In this document: positions 36,501 to 50,000 of the stretch, piece after piece
Numbering within the stretch: position 1 is the first letter of the stretch
Layout of the letters: every line of letters starts with the position of its first letter
Source of the DNA: Podarcis tiliguerta
Lineage: Eukaryota
Strand: one strand, 5' to 3'
Length of the DNA stretch: 64,000 nt
NCBI GenBank assembly: GCA_965153285.1
Contig: OZ229111.1
Translations under genes and position numbers: made by a program
Notes under the pieces: model-generated
What the model saw: only the letters and a program-made list of their open reading frames with translations
Told to the model about the DNA's origin: nothing
Databases searched by the model: none

Positions 36501-38027
36501 TAATGGCACATGAATCCAAAGGGGAAGCTGCCGAGCCACCTTCCTTAGATCCGTAAGGAAAATACACATAACCGTCCTATAGATATGGTTACGGAAATGA
36601 ATTCCATCTCTTATGTCTGGCTGGATGACCCTCCTGACTTTTAAACACAAAATATTTTCCAGATTTTTGTGACCAGAGAGAAACATTTACAAACAGCCCT
36701 TGGGCTTGTTTTATGGTGTGTTAAGGACTTTCCCAAAAAAGTACAGAGGCTAAAATGAAGTAAAAACTGTTGCCCAAGCTCTAGGTAGGTGTTTATGTAC
36801 AAGACCGTTTCCTTCAGAAAACCACATTATTTACCAAAAAATGCTGTTCCTAAAAGAATCATGCCTGGGGGCTGGTACAGTCCTGCAGTGAAATGTTTTG
36901 CTCTTGTTTTGCTCTTCCAGAATGCGCACACAGATTCTGACACCCTCCTCCACATTCAGCACTAAGGCTTCTCAAGAGTCAGGTGGTGGGAAGCGTGCAG
37001 CCTTCTGGATGTTGTTGGACTCCAACTCCCATCAGCCCCAGTCCAGCATGGCCAACAGGCAGAGGATGATGGGTGGGAGTCTCTGTGGTTTCATCACCAG
37101 GGCATTTTACAAAGGTACCTTCAATCCTAAATCTGGGGGGCAGCTATTTCATCTAAATCGAAAGTCATCTGATCTTTTCACTCACCCTGCTCTGCTCGGA
37201 CAGGCTCATCCATTCTTCTCTCGGCTGGAGGAACACGCAGACAGAAGGCATAGACTGTGCCCCCATTGGTGCCAGCCCATAAGGAGGGGCAGTGCCGGGA
37301 ACCTGGACCAGAGATAACAAAGCCCATAAGCCAAAGTTTCACATATTGCCAAGGGAAAGCAAGCAAGACCATTCCTTATGGTACATTCCAGGCCAGACTT
37401 TGCTGGTTTTATCTACCCATGTACATTACTTTGTGGGTGTAATATATTGTTCAAGCACATAGAAGCTGGTCTTACTCACTGTCTCGTAAGAAGGTGTCGG
37501 CAAAATACAAGGTGCGAACGAAGCCAGTGAAAGAGTCCTCTGCTGACCGCGCTTCAATCTTCCGCTGGACAGGAGCTAGCTCTATCTCCTGCAATGCATC
37601 ATGATCATGCCTGGAAATTCCCTCTTGTACCTGCCCGCAAAACAAAAATGAGAACTAAGCAACTAACCCCTTTTCATTTGTTTTATTAGATTTCTTACCT
37701 GCCCTTTACCATAAGGTCCCAGGGCAGTTTGCAACAGAAAAAAATATACATTTATAAGAGCAAATAAAACAGTTACAGCCATAAAACAGATAAAAACCAT
37801 TCCATACAGAAAATGGAAACAATTCCAACAATGCAAACAGCAGTTAAAATAGTTCCAATATAAGCACAGATTGAGATAAAGATCTGTGCTTTAAAGGCCA
37901 GAAGAAGGAGGTCTGCAGTAGGTGTCAAAAAGACAACAGACATTGCCTAATACGTAAGGGAGACCATTGCAAAGTGTAGAGACCACCACACTAAAGGCCC
38001 GATTAGAATGATAAAATGGCATCTTTC

Positions 38028-38095
<68 letters not shown>

Positions 38096-41000
38096 TACCA
38101 TACTTTTCCGTGTATAAGACTAGGGGTTTTTTAATTATTAAAAAATGATGTTCAAAATTGTGGGTCGTCTTATACACAGATAAAATCTCCCCCCATTTTC
38201 TCAATTTGGAGTCCCCCAAAATAGAGGACGTCTTATACATGGGGGTGTGTTATACGGTAATATGCATGTTAGCTGGTGTCAGGTGGTTTTAATAAAAAGA
38301 AGTCAAGCCAGTTCCAAAAAAAAGCCATTTCTTATAGGGATGCTTGCTTTGAAGAAGAGAAACTATTTTTGAAAAATAGAATGCTTTAAGGCCATGTAAT
38401 GAATCCTTTTGCATCTCTTTATGATGGCAGAAGACTAAGTTTGCCGTACTCCAGGAAACCGGCACAATTCTCCTCCAAAAGGATTAGCCTATAGCTGCCC
38501 GAATCTCCTCCTCATATGACATATCAATGCCATGAGTGGCAAGGCTGAGATCCAATACTGTACAAGGGGGATTTTTCTAATGTCATGAGTGGCACCAGAG
38601 CTTTGCTGAATACAGTGGAACCTCGGGTTAAGAACTTAATTCGTTCTGGAGGTCCGTTCTTAACCTGAAACTGTTCTTAACCTGAGGTACCACTTTAGCT
38701 AATGGGGCCTCCTGCTACCGCTGCGCAATTTCTATTCTCAACCTGAAGCAAAGTTCTTAACCCGAGGTACTATTTCTGGCTTAGCGGAGTCTGTAACCTC
38801 AAGCATCTGTAACCTCAAGCGTCTGTAACCCGAGGTACCACTCTACGTGAAGCCGAGACAGCGCAGCCCCTCACCTCTGCAGTTCGTCGCTTTCTGTTAG
38901 ACACCCTGCTCCTTCGCATTCGTCGGAAGGACTGGCGGAGGGACTTCTTTAAAGACTTCACTCTGGAAAGAGGGCCTTCCAAGGCCAGTTGGTCACTGGG
39001 ATGCAAGGTACACCTAGAAGGAAATTAACAGGGTTGGCTCAGGTTCCCTTTTTAAACCAAACTGTTTTTTGGTCAAGTTGCAGCCACACACTGGAAGCCC
39101 ATTAAGAGAGTTACCACATTTTAAAGCGCAGAGGTCTGAAATACCGTGCACAGGCATAGGCAAGGCCTTTAGTTGCTTTGCATCAGGGGTAAGAAACTGT
39201 AGCCCTGCAAATACTTGTTGGACTGCAGGTCTCATAATCCCTGCCCATAGGCTATGGCTGATGGGACTTGGGAGCCCAACATCATCTGAGGTGGCCATCC
39301 CAGATGTAAAGCAACATGGGACAATGCTGCTGCTTTTTGCCTGCAGTTCTCAAACCAGGCAAGAGAGCCTTCAGAAAACCAGAACTATTCTGAACTGCAC
39401 ACTTTATATTGTTCACAGTATTTGCTTTTGTGGAATGTTGGCAATTACTAAAGTTTTCCTAGAAGGCTCTAAAGGTATTCCATCAGTAAAATCCATTTCG
39501 GTGTTTCTCAACAGCCATGAGGATTCAAAGTAAATCTGATGGTGTGTTTTTGTTTTCCTTTTCAAAAACAGTGCTACACTGCCTTGCCCTTACATTCCAC
39601 AAGGATTATACTATTTAGGGTTTACGTAGCACTTTAAATGCATTACTTTGATGATTTTTATCACTCTGTAGGACACACCAGTATTAATTTCGCGGAAGTG
39701 TACTGTAACATTTGTGGGGGAAACCTTCTCCCCATAATGCTCAGGAGGAAGGGAGGGCTCAGCCTCCCTTTGTCCCCAAGGCAACAAAAGGGAGACGAGA
39801 AGACCTTTGGACTTCAAGAGAGCACGCCTGCCTGAGCCTAATAGTGTTGACTAAGCTGTGGTCAGGAAACAACTTCCTGCTTTGGAGTTATGGTAATCCT
39901 CGGCCGCCAGGGATGGATCTCAGCATTTTGTGGGGGCTAGGAGGAAGGCAGAGTTCTCTCCAACTCCCCAATTCCTGAATATGTTGGGGGTACCTGCTGC
40001 CTACCCACCCCCACGCAAGTGGGGCTTTGTAACTTGAGAGAAAAGTCGAGAAAGAGCCATTATGACAGAAGCATATAACGTGACGCATGGTGTCCGTATA
40101 GAAATAGGGGATGAGGAAGTTTTTCCTCCCTCTCGCCTATAACACTAGAACTCAAGGACATCCAGAGAAGCTGAACGCCGGAAGATCCAGGACAGACAAA
40201 ACAACTTCTTAACACAGTGCGTATTTAAAACTATGCAACTTGCTCTGGCAAGACGCCATGAGGGCCACCATGATGACTTTAAAAGAGGATTAGATAAATT
40301 CAAGGAGAGGGATAAGGCTGTCAGTGGCTACTAGCCATGACAGCTCTGCGCTGCCTCCACTGTCAGAGGCAGTGTGCTTTTGAATGCCACTTTTCAGGAA
40401 ACTGCAGGCGGGGAGAGCGTTGCTGTGTTCAGCCCTACTTGCAAGCTTCCTATGGCATCTGGAGGGCCACTGTGAGAACCCGCTTAAACAATCAGGAGAA
40501 GCTATTGCAGATCTAAGCCTAAGGCTGGGAGGAAAATGCTTTGCCTAAGTAATTTCCTGCCCGAACTTTTATCCAGGACTTCCAGTTCACTGGTTGAACC
40601 CTTAGCACTATGCCTCACCAGTCTGGCAGGAAAACCCTGTTTAAGCACGTGGCTTTTGAAAATGGCTGGATGTTCAATGCAAGACTTTCACCTAAACCCT
40701 ACACTGTGTCAGGAATACAATTTAAAAATTATCTCAATCAGGAAGTAACCCCCTTACTTGACAAAGACCAGCCGCTTCTGCTGATGATCAAAGAGCCCAA
40801 AACCATGGCTTGTACCAAAGGCTACGAGTTTCCATTCCGAGTGAAGGGCCAGCGAAGTGACCACAGCTGGCGGCTGACACTGGACCAAGACAAAGGGCTG
40901 GAAGCCTGGCTCAAACCGAACAGGCCCGTCTTTAGTTTTGAGCCGCTCGTGACCTTTCCACCTATAGCCTTCCTGATCCTGGAGGAGGTCCGCCTCTGAA

Positions 41001-44000
41001 TGGTCAACCACCTGCTCTGCTTCTTCGTCATTTAGCTCCATTACGAGTACCTGGACGGGGGGCAGGGTAGGGAAAAGGGAGAAGGTCATTTGGAAGTGTG
41101 TTTTGAAACCTTAGCATTGCAAAACCCACAGAGTTTGTGCAAGAACGAAGGCCAGGACAAATGCATTTCCTCCTCTGGGCCTTTACTCTCAAAAGCATTG
41201 AGGAATACTTTTGCATTTCACTTATATCCTTCCTCACTCGTTTTTCAACATCACGTCAGCAGCAGGGGAGTTTGAGCTAACCCAATTCACTTTTTGATTA
41301 AGTGTATTAACACCCTCCTGCAGCATAATGAACTTTGAAGCAAAACAAAAGAAAAGAGGTTGTAGGCTTATGTAATTATGCAACAGAGGCAGTCATTTAC
41401 CAAGTGGCTCTTGTAGCACACTGTGAATCTAAGCAGCATTAGCAGTCTTATTTCAATTTATTTCTACCCCACCTTTTCAGATACTTTCAAGGCAGCTTTT
41501 GAAAGTGATAGGCAGAACATATAATCAAAAGAAGCAGCAAAACCCAAATACAGTGGAATGTAAGGACAACACCATTTAAAAAAACAACAGCAACAACCAC
41601 CGTTCATGAATATCTTATCACTTTGGCAAAAATAATCTTTATGTTTCTGCCCTGCAGCAATGCTAAATCTATCCACTGCTTTCATTTATTTCTGACCTAA
41701 TGTGGACAAGATTCTCTGCCCATAGCTTTGGCAGGACATTTTGCTTGAGAGGCCTGGCAGTTACATGCACAATAGACTGAGTTACCCATTTGGTTCATGA
41801 TGATTTGCACTCACCCATTCGAAGTCTTTAAAGAGCAGTAGAAGAGTCATAATTCAGAAAACTACATGCTGCTCCTTTCTCATCACAGGTGGGCTGGGCA
41901 AGTTGCTAGCCCTGAGGCAAAGCAGCTCGTTTGGCAATCCAATGTGAACTGACATTTGCGGCCAATGCCCACATGACTCAAGCAGGCGTGTTGTTTTGGT
42001 TTTTTGAAAGAGCTGCATGACTCCTACAAGTGCAGTGGGAATCTACTCTGAAGAGTGTGTTTCGGATGCCAGGAGCCGGTGTATATTATTATTATTATTT
42101 ATTTTGATTTATTACCTGCCCTGACCTTAAGGTTCCTGAACAGGTCGCAGCAATTTAAAAATGCAACATTGAAGGTGATCTGATACAGTTCAAAGTTAAG
42201 AAAGCCAAAAAGAAGAGGATTGGGTGCGTCACAGCTGAGAGCCCAAGAGCAAGTTGTAACTATCTTCTAACCTGAATTAAGGCTCTTTGAAAAGCTTTGC
42301 ATTTCACAGGAGAAGACATGCAAATTTGTCCCCATACCCTGCCCCCCCCCCCCCCGTTGACATAGATGAACTTCTTTATCCAATTATATGGGGCAGAGCA
42401 TCTGTGAACCCTGTCTATGCCCTGGCCTTCCACAGTCTAAACAGCAACAAAGGCTTTCAATAGGCCAGTGGTGCTGAGGCAGGAATTGTCAAAATGTCTT
42501 CCATGGAAAGGGCCACTCTATCCCAAATCAGTAATTCAAAACTAAGGATTCTCCTTGGTGCTCTCTGACAGGGAATTAAAGAGCAGAGATAGAAAAAAAT
42601 TAAGTTGCAAGCTGGAAACTAGCCCAGAAAGTTTGCATTGTCAACACAGTCCACTGACTAGTGGAATGGTTCGCCTAGTATCAACTTAGCGACTTAATCT
42701 TTCCTATAGACATTGCCGCATATACAGACATATATACACACATTCCTACTAGATATACTACTACCAGCATCCAGCTGGCCAAGAAACACAATGACTTAGA
42801 GAGCGAACAAATTCAAATTGAAAACCCAAAGATGAACAAGCCAGAACAACAGCTTAACTAGTGATCGGCTGCACAGCTGGCAGTTACAAAGGTGAAGATG
42901 GTACAAAACACACGCGGAGAAATTTGCACATGACGGTATCTGAACATGTACAGAATGCTTCCTACACTCTGCAGATCACTAGGATTGGGAGAAAAGTTTA
43001 TGTAGAACACAGGGCATAACATGCAGGGAAGTTCAAACTCCTGCATTTCCCAATTGATGGGGGCAAAAGATAAAGTAAGGTCTGTGCTATTGGATGCAGT
43101 GTGCCCAAAAACCTATCCAAGTGCATTTCAGTACCTGCCCTGCTGTTCCTGCCACGGCCAAGTAGCTACTGTATTTGCACAAGAAGATCTTCTGGATCCC
43201 AAGTCTGGGGTCATCGCTGTAAGGGTCAAAGGAGCCAACCTAGCAGGGCAAACAGGCAAGAAAGAAAATACCATATCAACACAAAGCAAGGTTTTCTGCG
43301 GGGCAGCTTCTCTGCTGCTCAGTTCAGCAGGCCTTGGCTTCGGAAGGTTTAAGCTGGGCCACGGACTCCTCACCTTGCGCAGCGGAGGCCATTCGTCCTC
43401 CCCCATCTGGTTCAGATTGTCATTGGGATCAGCATCCGTGAGGAACACCCTCACCGTGCTCAGCTTATACAGGAGGTTCAGACAAACGCCGGACGCGTTC
43501 CAGAATCGTACTGTGCCATCCTCATGCCTGATTTGGGGGGGGGGGGAGAAATGAAGGGGGCAAGCAGATTACACCAGCAGCACGGCTTACTTTCCAGGTA
43601 AGTGAACACACTGAACATTTGCCACATGAGCCACTGAAATCCTTTTGGGCTAATTGTTTAAATACAGATAGCCCAGGCGGCTACAAAACTTTCCTCCTTC
43701 GTGATCCCCTTTCTGCGCTGACTTGACTGCTGGAGAACTGATGCACACCAAAGGGGATTCTGGTGGAGTGAAGAGCCAACTCACACATGCAGAACCTCAC
43801 TGCGGCCCAGTACAAAGGAAAAGTATAAACCCAGAACCACACCCCTGTGTCTGCACATTGCAAGGAAATGTCTGCAATGGTGGCAAAGGGTCTTTCGAGG
43901 AAGCTTGCCTGCCACTGCTTCCAAGCCCAGCGGGGAAGCCTAGACTTTTAGAAGATACCCAAAGGCAGCCCTGTTTAGAGAAGTTTTTAATTTATGATGT

Positions 44001-47000
44001 TTTATCGTGCTTTTAATATTCTGTTTGGGAGCCGCCCAGAGTGGCTGGGGAAACCCAGCCATATGAGTGGGGTAAGTATGTATGTATAAATAAATAAATA
44101 AATATTATTGTTATTCTTATTATTATTACTACTACGACAACTACTACTAACTACTGGACTTTCTTGAAGTTCCTGACTTTTTTGAAGACTACCACCCAAG
44201 GCAGTTAACTGCTCTCCATATATGTTTCCACACAAACGTAAGCTACAGTGGTGCCTCGCAAGACGAAAAGAATCCGTTCCGTGAGTCTCTTCGTCTAGCG
44301 GTTTTTTCGTCTTGCGAAGCAAGCCCATTAGCGGATTAGCGCTATCAGCGGTTTAGCGGCTATTAGCGGCTTAAGGGATTAGCGGATTAGCTGCTAAAAG
44401 GCTATTAGCAGCTTAGTGCCTTAGAAAAAGGGGGTGGGGAGCGGAAAAAACCCCCCAGGAATCGCAAGACATTTTCGTCTTGCGAAGCAAGCCCATAGCA
44501 AATTCGTCCTGCGAAGCACCTCCAAAACGGAAAACCCTTTCATCTAGCGGGTTTTCCGTCTTGCGAGGCATTCGTCTTGCGGGGTACCACTGTATTAATA
44601 TTTTTGTCAGGCTGAAAGAGATTTAGTTCCTTGTGGCTATAGCTCTAAAAAGGCTCTTATTAGGTCCTGCTTAGTGAAGGCAACTTAAGGAACATAAATT
44701 GTAGTGAGCATTTAAAATAAATCTTGACAGGAATAATCTGATGGGCGTACACAGAAATGCGTTCACAGCAGCCCAATTAGATCCATGTTGTCTCCCATTA
44801 GTGGCCAGTCGACAGCAAGGACCACTCCATCAGCTCAGCTGGGACCAGCTGCCATTTGGGCTCCTCCCCTCTCCTCAAGCAATCTCCTGTGGTGACCTTT
44901 CGGCCTGGTCATTCTTTAACAGTTTTAAACGGCTGGCACCTGACCTGGCTTTCCCCCCTCCTCCTACCATTTCCCTATCAGGTGCATCAACTGGGGTGGG
45001 GGGCGAAGACACCTCAGCTCCCTCAGTATTTGTTTTAAGGGGAACAGGCCCCCTCGATCTTGAGGCGGCCCTGCACACAATGTCCGACGACTTGTGTGTC
45101 AAAGTTCCAGTGGCTGGCTCCCCCAGAGCACTCTGTCTCCTCCATCCATTTGCGGGGCAACCTGGCACCTCTGTTCTCTATTGTATCATGCCTCTTACAT
45201 CCTCAGCCATTATTCCAAAACTGTAAAACCACGTTAACTTGCGGGGTGGTATAAAGGTAAAGGTACCCCTGCCCGTACGGGCCAGTCTTGACAGACTCTA
45301 GGGTTGTGCGCCCATCTCACTCAAAGAGGCCAAGGGCCAGCGCTGTCCGAAGACACTTCCGGGTCACGTGGCCAGCGTGACATTGCTGCTCTGGCAAGCC
45401 GTTTACCTTCCCGCTAGTAAGCGGTCCCTATTTATCTACTTGCACCCAGGGGTGCTTTCGAACTGCTAGTTTGGCAGGCGCTGAGACCGAACAGCGGGAG
45501 CGCACCCCCACCGCGGGGATTTGAACCGCCGACCTTTTGATCGGCAAGCCCTAGGCACTGAGGCTTTAACCCACAGTGCCACCCGTGGGGTGGTATACAA
45601 AGTGTTAAATAAGTAACACAGAATATTATGCTGCGGCACTTGAGGCACCAAGCTTGCTTGGGTGAATCAACGTGAATTCTCCTCCTGCATCACTGCTGCT
45701 TGAAATACACCAAGCGACATTCCAGAAATTAGCTTGTATCCCACTGGGTTTTACGAAGTCTGGTGACGGGCTCTTACGTTCAATCCTCTCTCCACAACAT
45801 CAGTACATTCGGTTCTCAGGGACACTGAGTATTCTAGCTCCTGTATGCTAATGTTATCCTTTTAGCATGGCTGGCAGGATGCCTGGACCATTAATTGGGA
45901 GAATCTTATCAGGGATCTTGACAGGAAACCTCTTTCGTCCTTGCAGGGGTATTAAGGATACATACATTTTAAATTCCAGATGAAAAGCAACAACGAAGCC
46001 CTATTTAGCGTACAGAGAAAGACATATGGAGGGGCAAAACGAAACGATTGTTCCATCCCATCCACTTGATGTGAGACTTTTTATGCACGTCTACGCACAC
46101 AAACAGGTAATTGTTTTGGAACTTTCTGCCTTCAGAAGAGTTCATTACCATTGAAGTGTTAAATACCCAAGTTCAAAATGGTAATCACTTTAACGGCTGT
46201 TGCACAAATGATGATCTTCACATGCTGTATTAGACTGACTAAGCAGAGGTGGAAACAAAACGTGAGGTCAGAAGCTCCAGAATGGTAACCAGAGGAAAAA
46301 CGTCTGTTTTCATACCTACCCAGTAAGCAGCAAGTCTCTCTGAGGAGGATCTGGAGCCTTGCTGGTGCCTCCATTAATTGGCCATTGCTAGGAAAACAGA
46401 AATTGGGACAGAATGGATGCAAAGTTGGAAGTACATAAGCAATGAAGACACAGAGGGAGCAGGAAAGCACTGAACACCAAATCTATGCAGATTAAGCTTT
46501 GTTTGGATTAAGGCATACATTCTTAAGGTTTTACTAGCCAATTTCCTTATGCTAAGGTTTAATATAAGATGGGGAGGAATCCATTAACCTACATTTTTTT
46601 TCTGCAAGCAGCTGCTGCTGCAGAAAGCTTGTAAATATTTGCAAACTGTAACTATTGGGGCTTTCTGAAACCGAACCCACAGCAACTACAACTTTGTCAG
46701 GGTGCAGAATATTGTCTTCAAGTGTTCTGATCTCTCAGCAGTGTACAAAACGTGTAAAATTTGCTTGTCTGCATCTAGATGTGAGCTCAGAGCCAGAGTC
46801 CTTTGCAACAGAGGGAACCAGAAATCTAGATTAGGGTGGGGTGCACAGAAGCTGCCTTAAAACAGAGGTCAGAAGATTGGTTCTTCTAGCTGCACTGTCT
46901 GGCAGTGGCTCTCAGGGTTTCGGAGAAGAGATGCCCAAGACTGAACCTAGGAACTTCTGCATGCAAAACAGATCCTCAGTCCCTGAGCCACAAACACCCC

Positions 47001-50000
47001 CAAATTAAAGTTATTAAATTTCTGAATTCTGTGACAAGTTGCGCAGGCAAACTAACAATATAATTCAGCATGTTTTCTTGTGCAGTACATTGTGCAGTTT
47101 GGAAGCACGTCAAAGTGCAAGTAGATAAATAGGTACCGCTCCGGCGGGAAGGTAAACGGCGTTTCCGTGCGCTGCTCTGGTTCGCCAGAAGCGGCTTAGT
47201 CATGCTGGCCACATGACCCGGAAGCTGTATGCCGGCTCCCTCGGCCAATAAAGCGAGATGAGCGCCGCAACCCCAGAGTCGGCCACAACTGGACCTAATG
47301 GTCAGGGGTCCCTTTACCTTTAACATTGCATCCTACACGTGTTTAACACTTCAGCAATTTCAACCATATGCTGTTGAAGGCCGCTGATTGCAATCCCGCA
47401 AATTAAAAGCAAGCAAAGCAGAGAGCTTTTTGTGGTGCGTTTTCCTAGCATGAAAAGAGAATTTAAGCTCTCTGTCTTGCTTGGGAAGCAAGGCCCTCTC
47501 CACGCACCAGGTCTGAGATGCCCCTGTGCAAGATGTCATGGGAACTTGGAAAGACCTGCAAGATCTCACTGGAGCACCCCAGGACCTCTAGAGTCAGTGA
47601 ACATAGAAGGCCTTGCTCCCCAAAGGAAGGCAGAGACCTTAAAAAATGCATTATTCCTAGAGTGCCCCAGGACAAGAGCGCCAGTGTGGTGTAATGGTTA
47701 GCGTGCTGAGCTGGGACCTGGGCCAGTCATGAAAGCTCACCGGGTGACCTTAGGCTAGTCTCTCACAGCCTAACTTATCTCACAGGGTTCATTACAAAGA
47801 TAATAGGGGAGAAGAGCCACATATGCCAATCTGATCTTCTTGGAAGGATAAGCAGGATATAAATGCAATAAATGAGATAAGCAAGCAGATTTGGGTCTGG
47901 GGGCCATAATTATCTTTGAGTACTCTTTGCAAGATTACATCGCTGAAACGGCCTCATCCTTTGCTTGTGCCTTCTATCTCTCAAGCGGGACTTCAGATGC
48001 AGTGTGAAATCCAGTATTAATATGAAAGGGACTCGTTCATTCCGTTCCAACGTTCATGCATGCAAGTCATACCATATTAGAGAACTGGGAGTTCTGTTTA
48101 CTCCCGGCACTGATGATCCTTTCCCATAACTTGAGAGGGATGTTGGAGACGTGGTGGGAACATGTGATGGCTGAACAGTGAAGAGATGCCAGGTACGGGG
48201 GTTGGACCGATGGCCAGCCTGGAGACATCAAGTCTATGACTACTAGCTCTTCCTCTGCTAGCACCACCATGGCAGATGGGTCATCAAATTCTGCAGGAAA
48301 AGGAATCAATAAATAGCCATCATTTCACTGGGGGGGAGGCAGCAGGGAGAAAATGATCGTGAAGTACTTTCATCAGTGGGCACAAATAAGCAGCATGGTT
48401 TATCTAGGCTGGTGGCTCAGCAATATTAGTTACATTATGGATCTTGAAATAATCACACAATTCCTCCCCTTCTCTACCCTTGTCTCTATTTTCATCCTTC
48501 CACCATTGCTTCCATGGGTCTAGTTTAGACCGCACATCCCCCGGAAAAGAAACCAGTCAGACCTGCCCCTGGCAAAAAAGAAAATATAAAGATGGTACTA
48601 TATACATTTTATTTATTGAATTTCTATCTTTTCCTTTCTCCCAATGGAGGCAAATAACAATACAATTTTAAAAAAAGAAAGAAGACACGTATGTAAAACA
48701 TTTAAAACGGATTAAGAACATATAAAATATTTTCAAAAGCACATTACGCCTGTGGTTTCGCCAATTGCACCGTCTCCCCCATTTGTTCCAGGGCTCAAGT
48801 GAAAGTGTTGATTTCGGCTTCAAAGCCCTTCACCAGAACAATTTGCTTTCATGTGCGGCCACATGAAGCGGGAAACAGACGGCTCTGCTCGGTGGTTCAC
48901 TCCAATTGCAGAATACTCTCTTCAAGGGAGCAAAGGTGGACTTTGGTCTTTCAAATTTCAGTAGTACACTGTGTGAGACCAAAATTCGGTGTCCCTACCT
49001 TTCGCCTTCCATTCTGCGCATGCACTGCATCATAGTTACAGCACCCCCCCTTGGCTTGGTGCCCAGTGCGAGGGAACCAACCGCACTGCCCTAAATCTGG
49101 CTCTGAAGGGAGGCCCGACTAGAGCTTAATCTGGTGTCTTTTTGGCAGTAGGCAAAAACATTTTTTCCCCCAGTCAAAAAAGTAGTTTCAAAAGCTTTAC
49201 GCAGAGTAGAGCCATTGAAATTCATGAACTTAGGCATGTTTATTAATTCCAGTGGGTTTTACTCTGTGTCAAACTTAGCTGATGGGCTCCCCACCCTGCG
49301 ATCATCTGTGCTTTGTTTTTAAGCTGCTTTGAATTTTTGTTTTTACTCCCGCTTCCTTTATGCTGCTCTTTTATATTACAGCGTTTTCATGTCTGCTTTC
49401 ATCTTCACTGTATTGAAATGTTCACTTTGAAAGTTGCCTGGAAACCTGCCGAAGGGCAGCGTATAAATTCTTCAAAAACAACAACAAAGTGCACGTCTCT
49501 GAAGAGCAAGTTTTATTTTTCTGCCCAATCCAAGTTCCTGTGGCGCAATCGCCGACACCCCTAATAGGCCATTTATGTGCTTTATCCAAGATTATCTATG
49601 GAGTAAAAAATGTCACGTGAAATGACCGAGAACTGGAAATCAAGGACCCGATGCAAGCAGGTGGGCTATGTGACTCTTTTCATCTGCCATCCTTTAACGG
49701 GTAAAAGACAGGCTGCATTGTGCATGCTCAGCAGTGACCCAGTTAGTGGTATGTTAGACCATTTCTAGGAACTTAGGCCAATCCCAGCAAAGTAAGCTGC
49801 TTAAAATGTAACAGCGTTGCTGGTTCTGAGAGCGGTTGATCCGTTTGAGAACAAGAAGAATTTCATTACAAACGGAAAGCCGCTTCTGAAGCCAGCTCCA
49901 GAAACTCATCACTGCTCTGCTTTTGGAAAGCAAAATGCACAATGTGTCACAGAATCACATGTCGTATTGTTTTCCGTTATAAATGAACTTGGCAAAAGGT

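Noticed and set aside
44741-45226. 161-aa plus-strand ORF in an LLGL2 intron
   Set aside because: GC-rich intronic patch without convincing splice, promoter or polyA signals or protein-like motifs; it cannot be supported from sequence alone.
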